64,000 nt of DNA from assembly GCA_030704615.1 (NCBI GenBank), contig CM060731.1:14384001-14448000 (forward strand). Reading direction: 5' to 3'. Shown here piece after piece: positions 26,577 to 39,600 of the stretch. The position numbers and the translations under genes are program-made. Position 1 is the first letter of the stretch. Every line of letters starts with the position of its first letter. The notes under the pieces are model-generated. The model saw nothing but the letters and a program-made list of their open reading frames with translations, was not told the origin of the DNA and ran no database searches. This DNA is from Takakia lepidozioides (lineage: Eukaryota > Plantae > Bryophyta).

Positions 26577-26750
26577 GTGAAAAACTAGGAAATTTTTCTT
26601 TCCTGCTCCTTGCCCCGCAAATTGGGGACCCTTCCAAAAGCGCCGTAAATCGGGGGAACCTTGCGGCCAGGGAGGCTCCTTGAATTACAAAGAAAAAAAT
26701 TTGCCAGTGTTTTACGATTTCAAAGGACAATAGGTACTCGGGTGACAGAT

Positions 26751-27829
26751 TTGAAGTCTGAACATTAGACTGCCTTCCCTTCCTGCAGGAACTAGAGAAG
26801 CCTGTCAGATGTGTCTTGCTATAAATTGAAGCACACAAATCTTTGATTAGAGGGAGATCTAACATGGAGGTATCACTTTAGGACTCTGAAGGGAGTTGCA
26901 GAGCAGGTAAACATCTAGTACCAAACCTGGTGTGCAAGACAAATATTGAGCACCCTCCATACTAGTCACATCCAGCAAACTGTTTATCAGGCTTTATCTC
27001 TACATGTGTGTCCATTCGAGAGATTATGTCTTTCCTGAAGTATTTCACAGTGAAGTAAGGTGGTGTGACTGGAATGGGCTTGCTTGTTGTCTGAACATTG
27101 TTAATGGTGGAAATCAAAGGCCTGAAACGGGCCAACAGGCCGGTTAAGGGTTGGATTTATTTTTCGACTCAGCATATGTACCCTATGCTATCATGAAATG
27201 GGTGTGGCACTTATGCTCATGGAGTATCTAACCCTCCTACCAAAGACCTTCCGGGCATTCATAATTGACTGGAATTGGTTTAGAATAAGGTGGTGATCTT
27301 GAAGCTTCTGTTGTTTTGTGTTGAATTCGTTGACGCATCAACGCAATGTTTCTCACCTTGACCCATGTGACGGATTAATCAACATCTGAACGCCTACTGT
27401 GCTAACTAGCAATCTGTGTCAGACGAGACAGTCATTGTCAACAATAGGAAGCCTGACAAGAATTCATCACCCATATCAACATACTTTCGAACCTTTCAGC
27501 CCAAAGATCTCTAATTATTGGGCTTTGTCTCATTCTGTTCCATTTGATTTGTACTCAATCCATTTTGCACTCCCGGGGTTGGAGCCACACAAGCCTGTTG
27601 AAACAAACAGTAGGGGCATGACAAAACCTGCAGACATTGGGTTCTACAGTTACCAAGAACAATTAGTATGCATTATCAAACATTTCATACCGAGATGCCA
27701 TCGATGTTGTGTCAAGAGCTACCTCTTTCCCCACTGTTTTTTCAGGTGAAAAAACGCAGGTGGATCAGGATTACTTCACCAATGTCTCATCAAATTCCCC
27801 GTAGACTAGACACCTCCTCAAGGATATAA
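26751..27829 (+). repeat. Segmental duplicate, copy 1 (paralog of 35012-36540)
   Basis: Collinear similarity from tgaagtctgaac(a/g)ttagactgcc to cctcaaggatataa, with indels. Confidence 0.92.
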
Positions 27830-27892
27830 AGAACTGCTCAAATTTCCTACGGGATTTTGTAGGGTACCTTACCCGGTTTGAGCAGTTCTTTA
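27827..27892. repeat. 66-bp mini inverted repeat with perfect 16-bp arms
   Basis: TAAAGAACTGCTCAAA (27827-27842) and TTTGAGCAGTTCTTTA (27877-27892). Confidence 0.85.
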
Positions 27893-29769
27893 CGCAGTCA
27901 GGAAGACCGTGACATCAAGGCATGTGAAGCTGCCAATTTCCAGCAGTCAGTGAGTAACTCAAATGCAGGAAGTACTAGCTACAAAAGAGGTTGGGGATGG
28001 ACGGACATCATGCTGATTGTTCCTGTTAGCTTGCGCTCGCTTTGATCTTTGCTGCATTGCAGCCCTGTTGTGGCAATGGGGTTGTGTATCCATCTCTTTG
28101 TAAGCCTCATGGCACTGCAAGGCTATTTTTCCTTGCTTCAATTTGATTCGTAGGGCTCCGCCCCCTTCTTTACTAAAAAAAGAAGAAGAGAAAAGAGAGT
28201 AATCCCGGTTTTGCTGTCTAGAAATCCTCTAGCTTTTAGTAGCATAGGTATACGGGTCACTATGCCTGCACCATGGGTACGAGGTGCAAAATGAAGGACT
28301 ACTTTCTGCTAGTTTCCTCATACAAAAGCTGATGGAGCACTCAACGAATTGCCATGTCATTGTACATGGAAAAGACACCCTCTTCTCCATCATCTGAACA
28401 TTTCAGCATTTAAGAACATGCTCCTTCCACCAGTAACTCCCCACAAAAACATACTTCATCTTGGAAGCGGTGAAAGACATCCCGTACAACTGCTCATCCA
28501 ACAATCTTCGAGATGTACAAGTTGGTGAGTGTTGGTGCACATGCACTTCTCATGCATATCCCCTGGCTCTAGGACGCCTCGCTGCTGCCCTTCCAGCCCC
28601 ACTCTTGTCACTCCAAGAGCCCTTACACTGCTGAGTTTCAGATTGAAACTCCAACTCAGCACATGCTTCAGAAGTGCACTGATTTGCACACAAGAGGGAC
28701 CAACCCCCTCTCTTCACTCATACCTCTTCATGAGCTTGGAGCTGAAGCTCCCAACGGGCTGCGATGCATCCCCTCGCAGCTCCACTATTCGGCTGCTCCT
28801 CATCTACCCGCAATAACTAGTTTCGGGCAGAAATACCTGGAGCTGATCTCACTTGAAAAAAATCAGCTCGAGTCTGTGAGTGCCAGGTTTGAGTTAGTAG
28901 TAGCACTTGTGTTTTTAGATCATGAGAAGCAGTTCAGCCTAGAGTGCAGGGATTTGTACATGAGCCTATCCAAAGCGGATAGAGTGTAAAGGCGAACAGG
29001 TTGCAGGTTTGCAATGGATAGAGAAGCGGGTAGCCTATGTTGAAGGGCGGCGTTGCATAGCTCAACGCTATGGCAACCAAGTTTGGGCTTCTAGTGTGAA
29101 GCGGAGGAGATGCTAGCCACGAGTGGGCGAACTGGTGGTCGTCTTCTTCAACTGCAGGCCGAGTTGAGGAGCTGCAAAAATGTGGCTGCGCATGGGAAGC
29201 TAGCATATTGCAGGTTGGAGATGATACAAGTACACAAGCTCTCTCAAACTCACATACTTGCACATAAAAACATCACTCATATATTAAGTCGAGCCAAGTG
29301 CACCCCACGCCATGGGGAATCCACACTACGGTGCCATAGCTAGACGCGGTGAGGCTCAACTCAAGAAAGATGAGCCCACCGCGATCTGCCGTGAAGATAA
29401 CAATGTCAGGTGCCCAAACATATATTGGCCTCTGGATTGACACTTGGGTCAATCCCAAATGTCAATATATCAAAACTAACTATTTCCTAGCTAGTTTCAC
29501 ACTAGTGGTAAAATAACTTGACACAGTAAAGGAGGAATTCGTATAAACATTGAGTGAACGATGAGTGTGCTTCCTGGTAGAGAGTAAACGCTCGGGTGCT
29601 GGGACTGGCGATGGAGCCTCCGTCTTGGTTGAGGTGGAGGATGCCAGGTAATGGTGATTGACTCCATGTTGCAAGATAACCACGTGCACTCGCCGAGAGC
29701 AGTCGGGAGAGTACACAGTCCGCCAGTTGTTGTACCTCAGAGTGTGAAGGCCAGTCGGTAAATGAAACA

Positions 29770-30760
29770 CACTACTGCAAAAAAAAAAAGGTTTACGACG
29801 CCCACGGTCCAGCACGCGCGGCACCGTGCGACCCCACTTATTAGCGACGCCAAGAGGGTCGTTATTCAGGGGTCGATATATTTTCTGTCTATTTCATCCC
29901 TGTGTATATTCTCTGTCGTGTCCCCTTCTATTGTCTGATTATTACCCAAATGGTGCATTTCTGATTGCAGGAATGTCAACGCAATCCCGTTGCCCTTGTC
30001 TTCCATATACTTGAGGGACTTGTGCTGGAGCCCACCTCCCATTTATGTCCTTCCCGACTATGCGGAAGGCATTGCTCGTGTGCATGCAGCTGTGCTTTCT
30101 CCCCCACCCTTGCGTTGGAGTTCCAGGAAGACGCTCAGGCACCTCCGCGCAAAGGTCTTCATAGATGATAGTGCCGCAGTTTCAGGTGGTAGCAGTACTC
30201 CTAGCAGTTCAGCAGATTCAGGTGGTAGCATTAGCAGTGTTGACACCACCTACGGATGTACTTGAGGGCATTCATTTATGGAACATGAGGGGACACACTC
30301 TCCGTTTTCCGTTGCACCACCATTTCTCTTCCCACCATCCGTTGTAATGAGCACGGACTACAATGAAATTCACATCCCTGAATTGAAACATTCTCTCTCC
30401 CGCGTCCTGCGAGTTTGAAAGTGTTTTCCTTCTAAACATTGCTCTCCAATTCAACCGTGTGCATTCAATAAAGTTTTTCAACAGAGATGAATATGTGCAT
30501 AGTCCAGTAGACAGTCATTCGACATATGCCATCACACCAATATTTGGTTGGATGGATGGAGGATGAATGTTTTTGGATGGATGAAGCCAGTTTGGATGTG
30601 ACATGTGGATGAATGTTGCATGCATGGATGGTCCCATGGATGATGTCAGTGCGCAGTATCATGCACAGGGGCGGGATGGCGAGGTTCACTGTCGGGGTTG
30701 AGGTGGGTCCCTACAGCTGACAAGGGTTGGGGTTTCTGTTTTGGGGTTGTAGGGTAAATA
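29770..30760 (+). mobile_element. Probable CACTA (EnSpm) terminus and subterminal region; partner end not found
   Basis: CACTACTGCAAAAAAAAAAAGGTTTACGACG at 29770, followed by cgacg/gtcg motifs, and GGATG-rich repeats at about 30550-30650. Right boundary approximate. Confidence 0.5.
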
Positions 30761-31672
30761 TGGATGAAGACGTGTTTCTGCGGTAATGGGTCCTCTTCCA
30801 CGGAAATAGACGCCGCGTCTTTCCCAAAATCATGCCACGTGTCCTGGGCTCACGCCAGGCTCTTGGGCTCACGCTCCTGGGCTCACACTCTAGCATCCCC
30901 CTTGATACCATACCATACCAGACCAAACAAAAACGATATACATACCAGACTGGTACATTAAAAGCTTAATACCTACCTTGATACCATTACCTGCCAGGTA
31001 TGAAGGAGGCCTCTTCACCGACAATACCATACCCTCTCTGGTATGAAATGTTGATGATACCGGTCCAACACTGGTTGAGACCTGCATATTGAAACCTGCA
31101 TTCTCATTGAAATGACTGGTATCGAGCAATAGACATCCTCTTTCCAACTCTTTCTTTTCTTGGTAATGAAGTTCTCTATCTACTTGCCCAGATTTTACTG
31201 TAGCAGTTAAATTTGGTTTTAGCATATTAGGCTATTCATATTGTTCTACTTTGTCCCGAGGGCCCCTATAGATGTTACTTTCTTCTTTCAATGCCAATTG
31301 GCGAGGTCATGACCGTGTCTTCACTTGAGGTATAAGCTGCTGTATATGAGGGATTGAGCACTTTGCTCATATAACCCTATTTTAAGTAATTCCGGACTTT
31401 TGGCTTAAATCCGGACCAAACTTAATATAAAACATAATTAAAATTAATTCAGGTATTAAATGGCAAATAGACAATGGCAAGTCTCACAGATCACACTTAT
31501 TTCAAATCGTGGTTGCATCTTCCTGATACTAAGATCCATGGATTTGCGTTGTTCAACAGTAGAAGGTACACAAAAGACCATATGTTTTGCTATGTTCGTT
31601 CTCTCTCAATTAGAATCCATCGAAGGTGATGTTTCCGAATTATTATACACAAAACTAGCAAGGAAACCAAAC

Positions 31673-31746
31673 CTTGGAGGCGGATGCAATGTGTGGTACC
31701 ACCACAACATTTGGCAGCTCTGCAAGTCCTGGCTTCATGTATGGCT
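31673..31746 (-). pseudogene. Isolated exon fragment of hydroxypyruvate reductase (HPR1-like glycerate dehydrogenase)
   Basis: Translates PYMKPGLAELPNVVVVPHIASASK, followed directly by a GT donor. This matches the catalytic-His segment of plant peroxisomal HPR. No other HPR exons were seen. Confidence 0.85.
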
Positions 31747-32379
31747 TCGGGAAGGTATATGTAGGGTAAAGAAGCGAATACGTCCTGCGTTGTATCTAGC
31801 GCAATCTGATTGGCCAGGTATTATTCCATATCGATTGCCCGTATTTAGCACCCTGTATAGCATTTACACGGGGGTGAGCTCCAAGGCAATGAAGGGCGGG
31901 CTTAGGGTGATTACGTAGGTAAGAAGAACATAGATATAACGCACTTACTCTAATTTTTTCCGGATAAGCGTACTCAAACTACAAAGGAAACAAGTTCTTT
32001 ACGTGGAGGAAAAAAGAACTGGCTCAAATATTTTAGTTGGGGTAGAGGGTACCTTACACCCAGTAAGCTACCCTCCACATCCACTAAAAAATGTGAGCAA
32101 TTCTTTACGTACGCCGAAAGGGCTGCTTCCTGGCCGTGACATCAAGTCCGAGGTTTCCGGATCTAGGCGGGGATGGGAAGAGTAGTCCAGTACAAGGTAC
32201 ACAAAAGGCCATCTGTTTTGCCATGTTCTCTCAATCCTTAAGCTCTTGCTTTGCAATTGGCTTCAATATGACTCAGGATAGATTGTCCCCTCTCCATGCC
32301 ATTGTTGACATACCTTCTGATCTCTTGTTTGGAATCAAAGTGGTGGACTCGGTCTCTGGAAAATGAAATATCCTAACCC

Positions 32380-32570
32380 CCCAATGTCTGGATGGTGGGA
32401 ATGGCTTTCTCAGATGGATCTGTTGTGGTATGATTGCATGCCTCTCTCAGATCTGCCCTTTGATCCAGGGGAATGGATGACCCAGAGGAATGGAGATGGC
32501 TCTCGAAAGAAATACCCATTCTTTGCTTACTCTTCCAAGACTGCTCACAAATCAGGAAACGACCTCTTTC
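32380..32570 (+). mobile_element. Small L1-type LINE ORF2 fragment
   Basis: LWYDCMPLSDLPFDPGEW...PFFAYSSK resembles the post-RT WDPxEW...Y(S/T)xK segment of bryophyte L1 elements, as recalled. Confidence 0.45.
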
Positions 32571-32701
32571 ATAGTAACCTTGCCACCTCATGGGACACAA
32601 ATTGAGTTTCTTATGAATACAAATTAAGGTGGCAAATATGTCGAATCACAAGGAAATATAGCTTTGTTCTACGGTTGAAGAGAAGGAATGAGATTCATTC
32701 C

Positions 32702-32975
32702 GATATTTATAGACCAGGATACCGAGTACCCCTATAAAAGAAGCTATTTCTTGAAGTACATAAGCATCAGATTGAACAGTGTGCTCAAGCTAAAAACAAG
32801 CAATAGTCGATGCATACCGTGCACAAAATGATTGCCTAACTTGACTGTTAAAGACTTCCACCCGTCAACATTCCCCACGCCTAAATAGTATGGCAATCAG
32901 ATGTTTGCACATTTCTCTAAGGATTCAGCATGGCTGATCTCAACAGCAACGGAAAATCGTGCAAACACGTCTAAA
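32702..32975 (+). repeat. Copy of an intron-1 segment (40000-40252) of the neighbouring minus-strand gene
   Basis: gatatttatagacc...gagtacccctataaaagaagctatttc...aaagacttccacccgtca...gtgcaaacacgtctaaa occurs at both sites. Confidence 0.92.
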
Positions 32976-34445
32976 GAATAGCAGAAAAATATGTATACGT
33001 GGCTTTGTGCCTTTTCCCTTGGGTACAACATTTACATATCGTAATTTGAACAACATGACAACGATATCTTGCTATTAACGCTTCTTCAACCATTGTTAAC
33101 TTTGGCAAACTGTCGTGAACTTTTCCAATCCACAAACCATTAGCGAGTGCAAACTTTGGCATCTTGTTTTTTTTCAAGGTGGAACTACAATTTTTACACA
33201 TGAAGATGGTACGTGCAGTATTTGATATTTCTCGTCTGTCCAATAACAACCCATTTTATTTGTCCAATTGATGTTTTGTGTCATTAATCAATTCTTGGGG
33301 AACCTCTTCCAGGAGAATATGTTCTTCGATGTGGTTTTCTACTTGTAGGCTTAGCCATTTTTTCACGTGTTTCAAAATTTCGCTTTGTAATTCATCGATT
33401 CTCTATTTCAACATGTTAGAGGTTGCTATGTCTTTGCTGCAAACACAACAATACATATTGGTGAAAGTCGCATTACTAATGCATTCGTTGAAGTTGGATA
33501 AACAAAATAAATTATTCTCCAGGCATATTTTGGGTGGAAACTCATGATCATTCTTTGGCTTTTTTGTAGGAGTGCAATACATTTGCTCTTTTGAGTTTTT
33601 CCTTTTCGTCATTTTCGTTTGTAATATATTTGTGAATTTGTGTAACACATATTTCATCTTTGATCAACAGATATTGGTTTTTTTGGAATCTGTATTTTTT
33701 CCTTCGTTTAGCAATTGTTTCATCTGGGTCGGGAGTCGGTTCAGATTCTATTTCCGTGGTATTTTGTGGTTTGTTGGTTGAAATGTATTTTCGTCGGCAT
33801 TTACTGTTTATCTCATTTTGGTTTGAAATATATTTCTCACGGCGTTTAGTTTTTTTTTTTTCATTTTTATTCGAAATATTTTCTAATCGGCATCTATATG
33901 AATTTATTGACATCATTTATATCATTTTCACTTTCATTTCCATTTGGTTTAGCTGTTAGATGGTTTGCATTTGGATATAATGTCACAATTTGTTGAGCTA
34001 CACTTTGGCTTGAAAGATATTTTCGTCGGCGTTTATTGTTTATGTCATTTTGGTTTGAAATATATTTCTTACAGCGTTTAGAATTTTTTTCATTTTTGTC
34101 CGAAATAGTTTTTATCGGCTTCTCTGCTAATGTATTGACATCATTTATATCATTTTCATTTCATTTTCATTTTCATTTGGTTCAGATGTTAGATGGGTTG
34201 CATATGGATTTAATGTCACAATTTGTTGAACTATAATTTGGCTTGAAAGATATTTTCGCCGGCGTTTACCGTTTATCTCATTTTGGTTTGAAATGGTTCT
34301 CACGGCGTTTAGCATTTTTTTCATTTTTGTCGGAAATGTTTATTATTGGTTTATTTGTGGATTTATTGACATCATTTATATCATTTTCATTTTCATTTAC
34401 AGTTGGTTCAGATTTCAGATGTTAGATGGATTGCATTTGGACTGA
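32976..34445 (-). mobile_element. Helitron/Helentron-like fragment (DUF6570-type region upstream of Rep), decayed
   Basis: MYCCVCS, then MCKNCSSTLKKNKMPKFALANGLWIGKVHDSLPKLTMVEEALIARYRC, a signature of DUF6570 in Helitron-like elements. Basic N-terminal repeats. No Rep or helicase seen. Confidence 0.78.
33778..34445. repeat. Three-copy tandem repeat, period about 232 bp
   Basis: Units start ttgaaa..tattttcg(t/c)cggc at 33778, 34010 and 34243. Confidence 0.9.
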
Positions 34446-35011
34446 ATGTGAGTAGAGCTCGTCAGATAAAGGTAATAATACCATCACAATTTAACAATCA
34501 AAGCAGTTGGTTGTTGAATTCTCCACGAGATAACTCGTTTGTCAGGCAAGTAGAGACTAGGGCTAATCAAAATAGAGACATGAAAGGGTTTACTTCAACT
34601 TTCAAATATAGTGAGATAGAATCAGCTGTGGATACTAGGGCAGTTGGAACACAAAGCCATGCTCCCAGAGAGGAAAACCTCCACACACATAAGCTGGCCT
34701 AGTTCAGATTCTGACTCTGAACTCAAGTGAGGATCATAACGCCTGCCAAACATACGATGGAATGAATCTGATGAGGAGGTTGGCTAACTGTTCTTTCCAG
34801 TCGTCTCCTGCCCCCTTTCCTGCCTCATACATATCACTGATTTCTAAGCCTAGTAAGCATGAACACTATACAGATATCATGTTTTGAACCATCAAAACGC
34901 CTTCTTCGGCATTCATCAACACACCTGTACATTCCCCTTGACTACTATAATATACACGATAAGGTCAGTCCTCTTTCTTACAGAAAGCATATTGCATCTA
35001 GCTTGGCAGTC

Positions 35012-36540
35012 TGAAGTCTGAACGTTAGACTGCCTTCCTTTCCTGTAGGAACTAGAGAAGCCTGTCAGATGTGTGTTGCTATAAATTAAAGCACACAAAT
35101 CTTTGATTAGAGGGACATCTAACATGGAGGTATCACTTTAGGACTCTGAAGGGAGTTGCAGAGCAGCAGTGTTTTTATTTTTCGCGAAATTTCGCACTTT
35201 TTCGACCTCAAAAATCAAAATCGAATATTCTGTCGTAAATTCCCTATTTTCTCATGGATGAAATCGCCAAAATTCTCAAAACAAAATATAAATCTTGGAT
35301 GAAATCGCCTAATATGGATGATATACATGGATGACAGTACAGAGGAGGATGATTCTGTCCAAATTTCAGTGGATGAGTAAAAAATATGGCTATTTCCTGC
35401 AAAACTCAGTAGCCACTCCTGTTCTTTTCCAAATTTGAAAAAAAGCTGCAGAGCAGGTAAACATCTAGTACCAAACCTGGTGTGCCAGATAGATGTTGAG
35501 CACCCTCCATACTAGTCACATTCAGCAAACTGTTTATCAGGCTTTATCTCTACATGTGTGTCCATTCGCGATATAATGTGTCTTCGTGAAGTTTTGCACT
35601 GTGAATTAGGGTGGTGTGACTGGAGTGGGCTGGCAAATGAGAAGCCCAATGTCATTTCTGGATAGCCTCAATCTCTGCTTTCAGGAAATAATGCAAAGGG
35701 GGAGCTTCAGTAAGGAAACTTGAAACTCGGAAAATCAAAATCCTTGTTGGAGATTGCATTTCAAAAAAGCAAACACAACAGTGATATACTGGGAGTCCTT
35801 GGAATGTGTAAACTTTGAACATTATCTGAACATTATTGAGGGTGGAAAACAAAGGCCTAATCGGGCCAAAAGGCCCCTTAAGGGTTGAATTTGTTTTTCG
35901 ACATCGAAACATATGTACCTTATGGTATCATGAGATGGGTGTGCACTCATGCTCATGGAGTATCTAACCCTCCTACCAAAGACCTTCAGGGCATTCATAA
36001 TGGACTGGAACAAGGTGGTGATCTTGAAGCTTCTGCTGTTTTGTGTGGGAATTGTTGACACCTTGACCCATGTGACGGGTTAACCAACATTTGAACCCTA
36101 CTGTGCTAACTAGCAATCCGTGTCAGACGAGACAGTCAATGTCAACAATAGGAAGCCTGACCTGAATTCATCACCCATATCAACATACTTTCGAACCTTT
36201 CAGCCCAAAGATTTCTAATTATTGGCTTTTGTCTCATTCTGTTCCATTTGATTTGTACTCGATCCATTTTGCATTCCCAGGGTTGGAGCCACACAAAAGG
36301 TTGAAACAAACAGTAGGGGCCATCTGTACATCAAGTGACAAAAACCTGCAGACATTGGGTTCTACAGTTACCGAGAACAATTAGTATGCATTATCAAACT
36401 TTTCATACCGAGAGGCCATCAATGCTGTGTCAAGAGCTACCTCCTTTCCCCACTGTTTTCGAACACAGGTGATCAGGATTACTTCACCAATGTCTAATCA
36501 AAATCCCCGCAGACCACAGACACGTCCTCAAGGATATAAG
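35012..36540 (+). repeat. Segmental duplicate, copy 2 (3' flank of the minus-strand gene), interrupted by a MITE
   Basis: Collinear with 26751-27829. Confidence 0.92.
35167..35448. mobile_element. 282-bp non-autonomous hAT-type MITE
   Basis: 8-bp TSD CAGAGCAG at 35159-35166 and 35449-35456. Ends CAGTGTTTTT...AAAAAAAGCTG. The empty site is present in the paralog at 26899-26906. Confidence 0.9.
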
Positions 36541-36617
36541 AAAGGCCAAGTTCCATGCCTCTGCATCCAAAGCCATGGTATATGCATACAACGGAGTTAC
36601 TTTCAAAGGAGAGCTCC

Positions 36618-39600
36618 TCAATCGTAGCTTGCATTCAAAAACTTGAGGAGCTCGGAGCGGTTGCTTTCTGCCAGTTTGTCCTCCTTGGTCTTCTCCACCT
36701 TCATCTGAATCTGCCCCCCAACACTTGACGCACTAACTGGTTCAGGACATTGCTTCAAGACAAACCATTTCAGTAGTTCTGAAGGGAAACCTTGTACCAC
36801 CCCCATTAGCATGACTGGCCCTGACTCCAGAATTATCTCATTGGTAATATTTATCAGCAGTAAGTCTTTGGATAGAAATCTTGCAACTGGACTTCCCAAG
36901 CCAATGCCTGACAGCTGAACCAACTAGTTAACCCCACTATACCATAGTGAAGGAGTCTGCAATTATAGATCCACCGCTGGTTCAGCTAACCAGCCACTCT
37001 ACTTGTCCTTCACTTCATCAAGTATAATGCCCAGAGAAGGCTGAATCGAGAAGGACAATCACGGATAAATGGCTATCACCAGGGTTCTTTAGGCAAGATT
37101 CCAATCAAAATCGACACCACTTGACATTTACTTAGGATCTGTGTAATGCACTGAGACCAAAGTAACAGGCACACCAAGTTCAGAGCTGCAATATGCAGTC
37201 ATGGATACAGAATCTTCTGCACATGGCTATTGTAAGGAATGTTCAGCTAAAATAAACTGCTGTCTGGTGATCAGACTAATGAACATGAGGTGAATAGTGT
37301 TACAACTGTGTTGGATAAAATTACACATTTTTGGCCTCATTTGTATACTCCTGTTCAGTCCTAATCCTTCAGTCAGAATGTACTTGGCAGAGTTGATACT
37401 AGCAGGTACCGGAGTGTAATCCAGTGAACATTTTCATGGATCCCGTACATAGCAACCGCATTCCTCCAGATGAAGCAAAACTGACATTGACATCATGCTT
37501 TTGAGCCTCTTTAACACATTTAGCTCAGAAGCAAGTTCTTGATAACTGTCATTTCAATTTTCAAACTTCAGGTTCTTTTCCTTTGAAGCTAATTAGGGGC
37601 ACTCTCTGGTTATGTTCAAACACGACCTTAGTTTACACCCCAGCAGAGCATCTTTTAGCATGCCAAGCATCATTACATAAGCCTCTTACATGTAATGCAG
37701 ATCATAAGGTGAGCTTTGGACCAATTTAATATGGGAGAACCAACAACCCGCAAATAAGGAGAGCACAGAGTTAGGCACATGCATACCTTTTTGCCAGATA
37801 CAACACTGCGCCGGATGCCATCATCCTTATCTCTGCCAAGGAACTGGCACAAACGAAGTAAAAAAACTGGGCATCATTTCAGAGCCTAGTCATTACCTCA
37901 ACTGCCAAGAATGCTGGGTCTGCACCTTTACATTGCTTCCCACTCACAGGTATCACAGCAAGTAAATGTCTCCTTAATGACTTGGAGGGCATTAACATTG
38001 CATGTTCCCACAGTATGCAATCTCTCACCTGAACTTACATCCACTTGCATATTGAAGTAGAATATACTAACTTCCAACATTGGTTGACATGAACAAGCAA
38101 ATCTGTCAGCAAAAATAGTCGGAAGCATAGATCTCTGCAGATTTGGAAGGGCTGTTTGCAAAGTGCTCACCTTTGACAGCTGCACAGGACCAGAGCTGTC
38201 TTTGCTAGACTTCTACATGAAGCTCCAATGAGGTAGACGCAAGCCCCCATAAATCACATTGAATCAAACCACACAGGCCAGCAACAACGAGCCAGCCAGG
38301 GCAGGGAGAAACAAAGGGAGTAACCAAGTCACAGACCGCAGCTCCAATTTCAGAAGGGCCCAATCCACATACAGGCAACAAATGTGTATCAGTATCACCC
38401 TAAACTTTTCAAACACCACTGCTGGAACATGCTGTACCAGTAGATGTATTGAGTGGAGGTTTACATTTGAAACATGACAAATTGAAGAAAGAACATGAAT
38501 ATAGAGAGCATGCTCTATTAAAAGAAGAAACAAAGACCTACAGAGAAAAATGAACCACATCAAACAAAAGAAGGAAGAAAACTGAGGCCTTGAATGCTGT
38601 TACTGCACTGAATCTAGTTGTAAGCTGATGGATACAACCGATAGTTATTTTGAACAACAGGAAATGCTTATGCAAATGAAGTGGGCAGAGAAGAGGCTTA
38701 CCTCTTTCCTCTGGTGCTTCTTCTCTTTATGCTTGTGACTTTTCTCTTTATGCTTCTCCTTCACCTGTGAGAAGCAACAAAATCTCTGTTCGATAGACAT
38801 TGTGCAGATGGTATGATGAATGCCTCCTGCCTCATATTTCTTGTATCATACCACTATTAGTTTGGACAGTAAGTTTACAGAGTTATGTGCTAGTGTTGCA
38901 AAGCCTAAATGATAAGATACTAAGAAAAACACCATCAACCTTCTTGTGGGATTTGTCTCGTCGTTGGTGCTTCTTTGAACGCTCTATGCTGTCTCCATCA
39001 CTGTCACTTGTGCTCTCTTCCCTGCATCATTCAGAATGACTTCCATCAGTAACCCAGACACTGCTTTGAAGTAATCACGTCACCCTCCCCCACTGGACCC
39101 TCCCCCACTGGAATTCCAATCATTTGGTTGTCTTCAATATCAACACTATCCTACAGAAGATCAATATCCAAACCTCACTTTGAACTGCCCGGCCACTGAC
39201 GCTCACCCAGGGATTAAAAAGGTTGACAGTAGAATAAGTGAAGCTCATAGATACTCAAACTTGTACTATGTAACCCCTATCATGCTTGAAACAAGCGGCC
39301 AGATTCTGACCATTTTGCAGGAAACCTTCCGAGTCAGTTCCAAATAATGCAAGCAATATTGATTGACCATAGTTAACTCTGGGAATGTCTGCTGTACCTG
39401 CTAATGCCCTGGCAACCATAATATGGCCATACCAAGATCATACCATTTCATCAAATTTGCCCTTCAAGTGAGACCCCACACTACTACAGTGAGCCCCTCG
39501 CAAAGGCAGTGCCTGTGTTCCCAAACTGGGCACAAGGTCTATGGTTACAAGGCTACGGTAAGCTAAGTCTTATGAGCACATTCTCTCTCTCTGTCTCTCC

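Noticed and set aside
26443-26865. Similar ORFs MLDLPLIKDLCA (here) and MLDVPLIKDLCA (34916-35125)
   Set aside because: The similarity comes from the non-coding segmental duplication; the frames diverge at the duplication edge.
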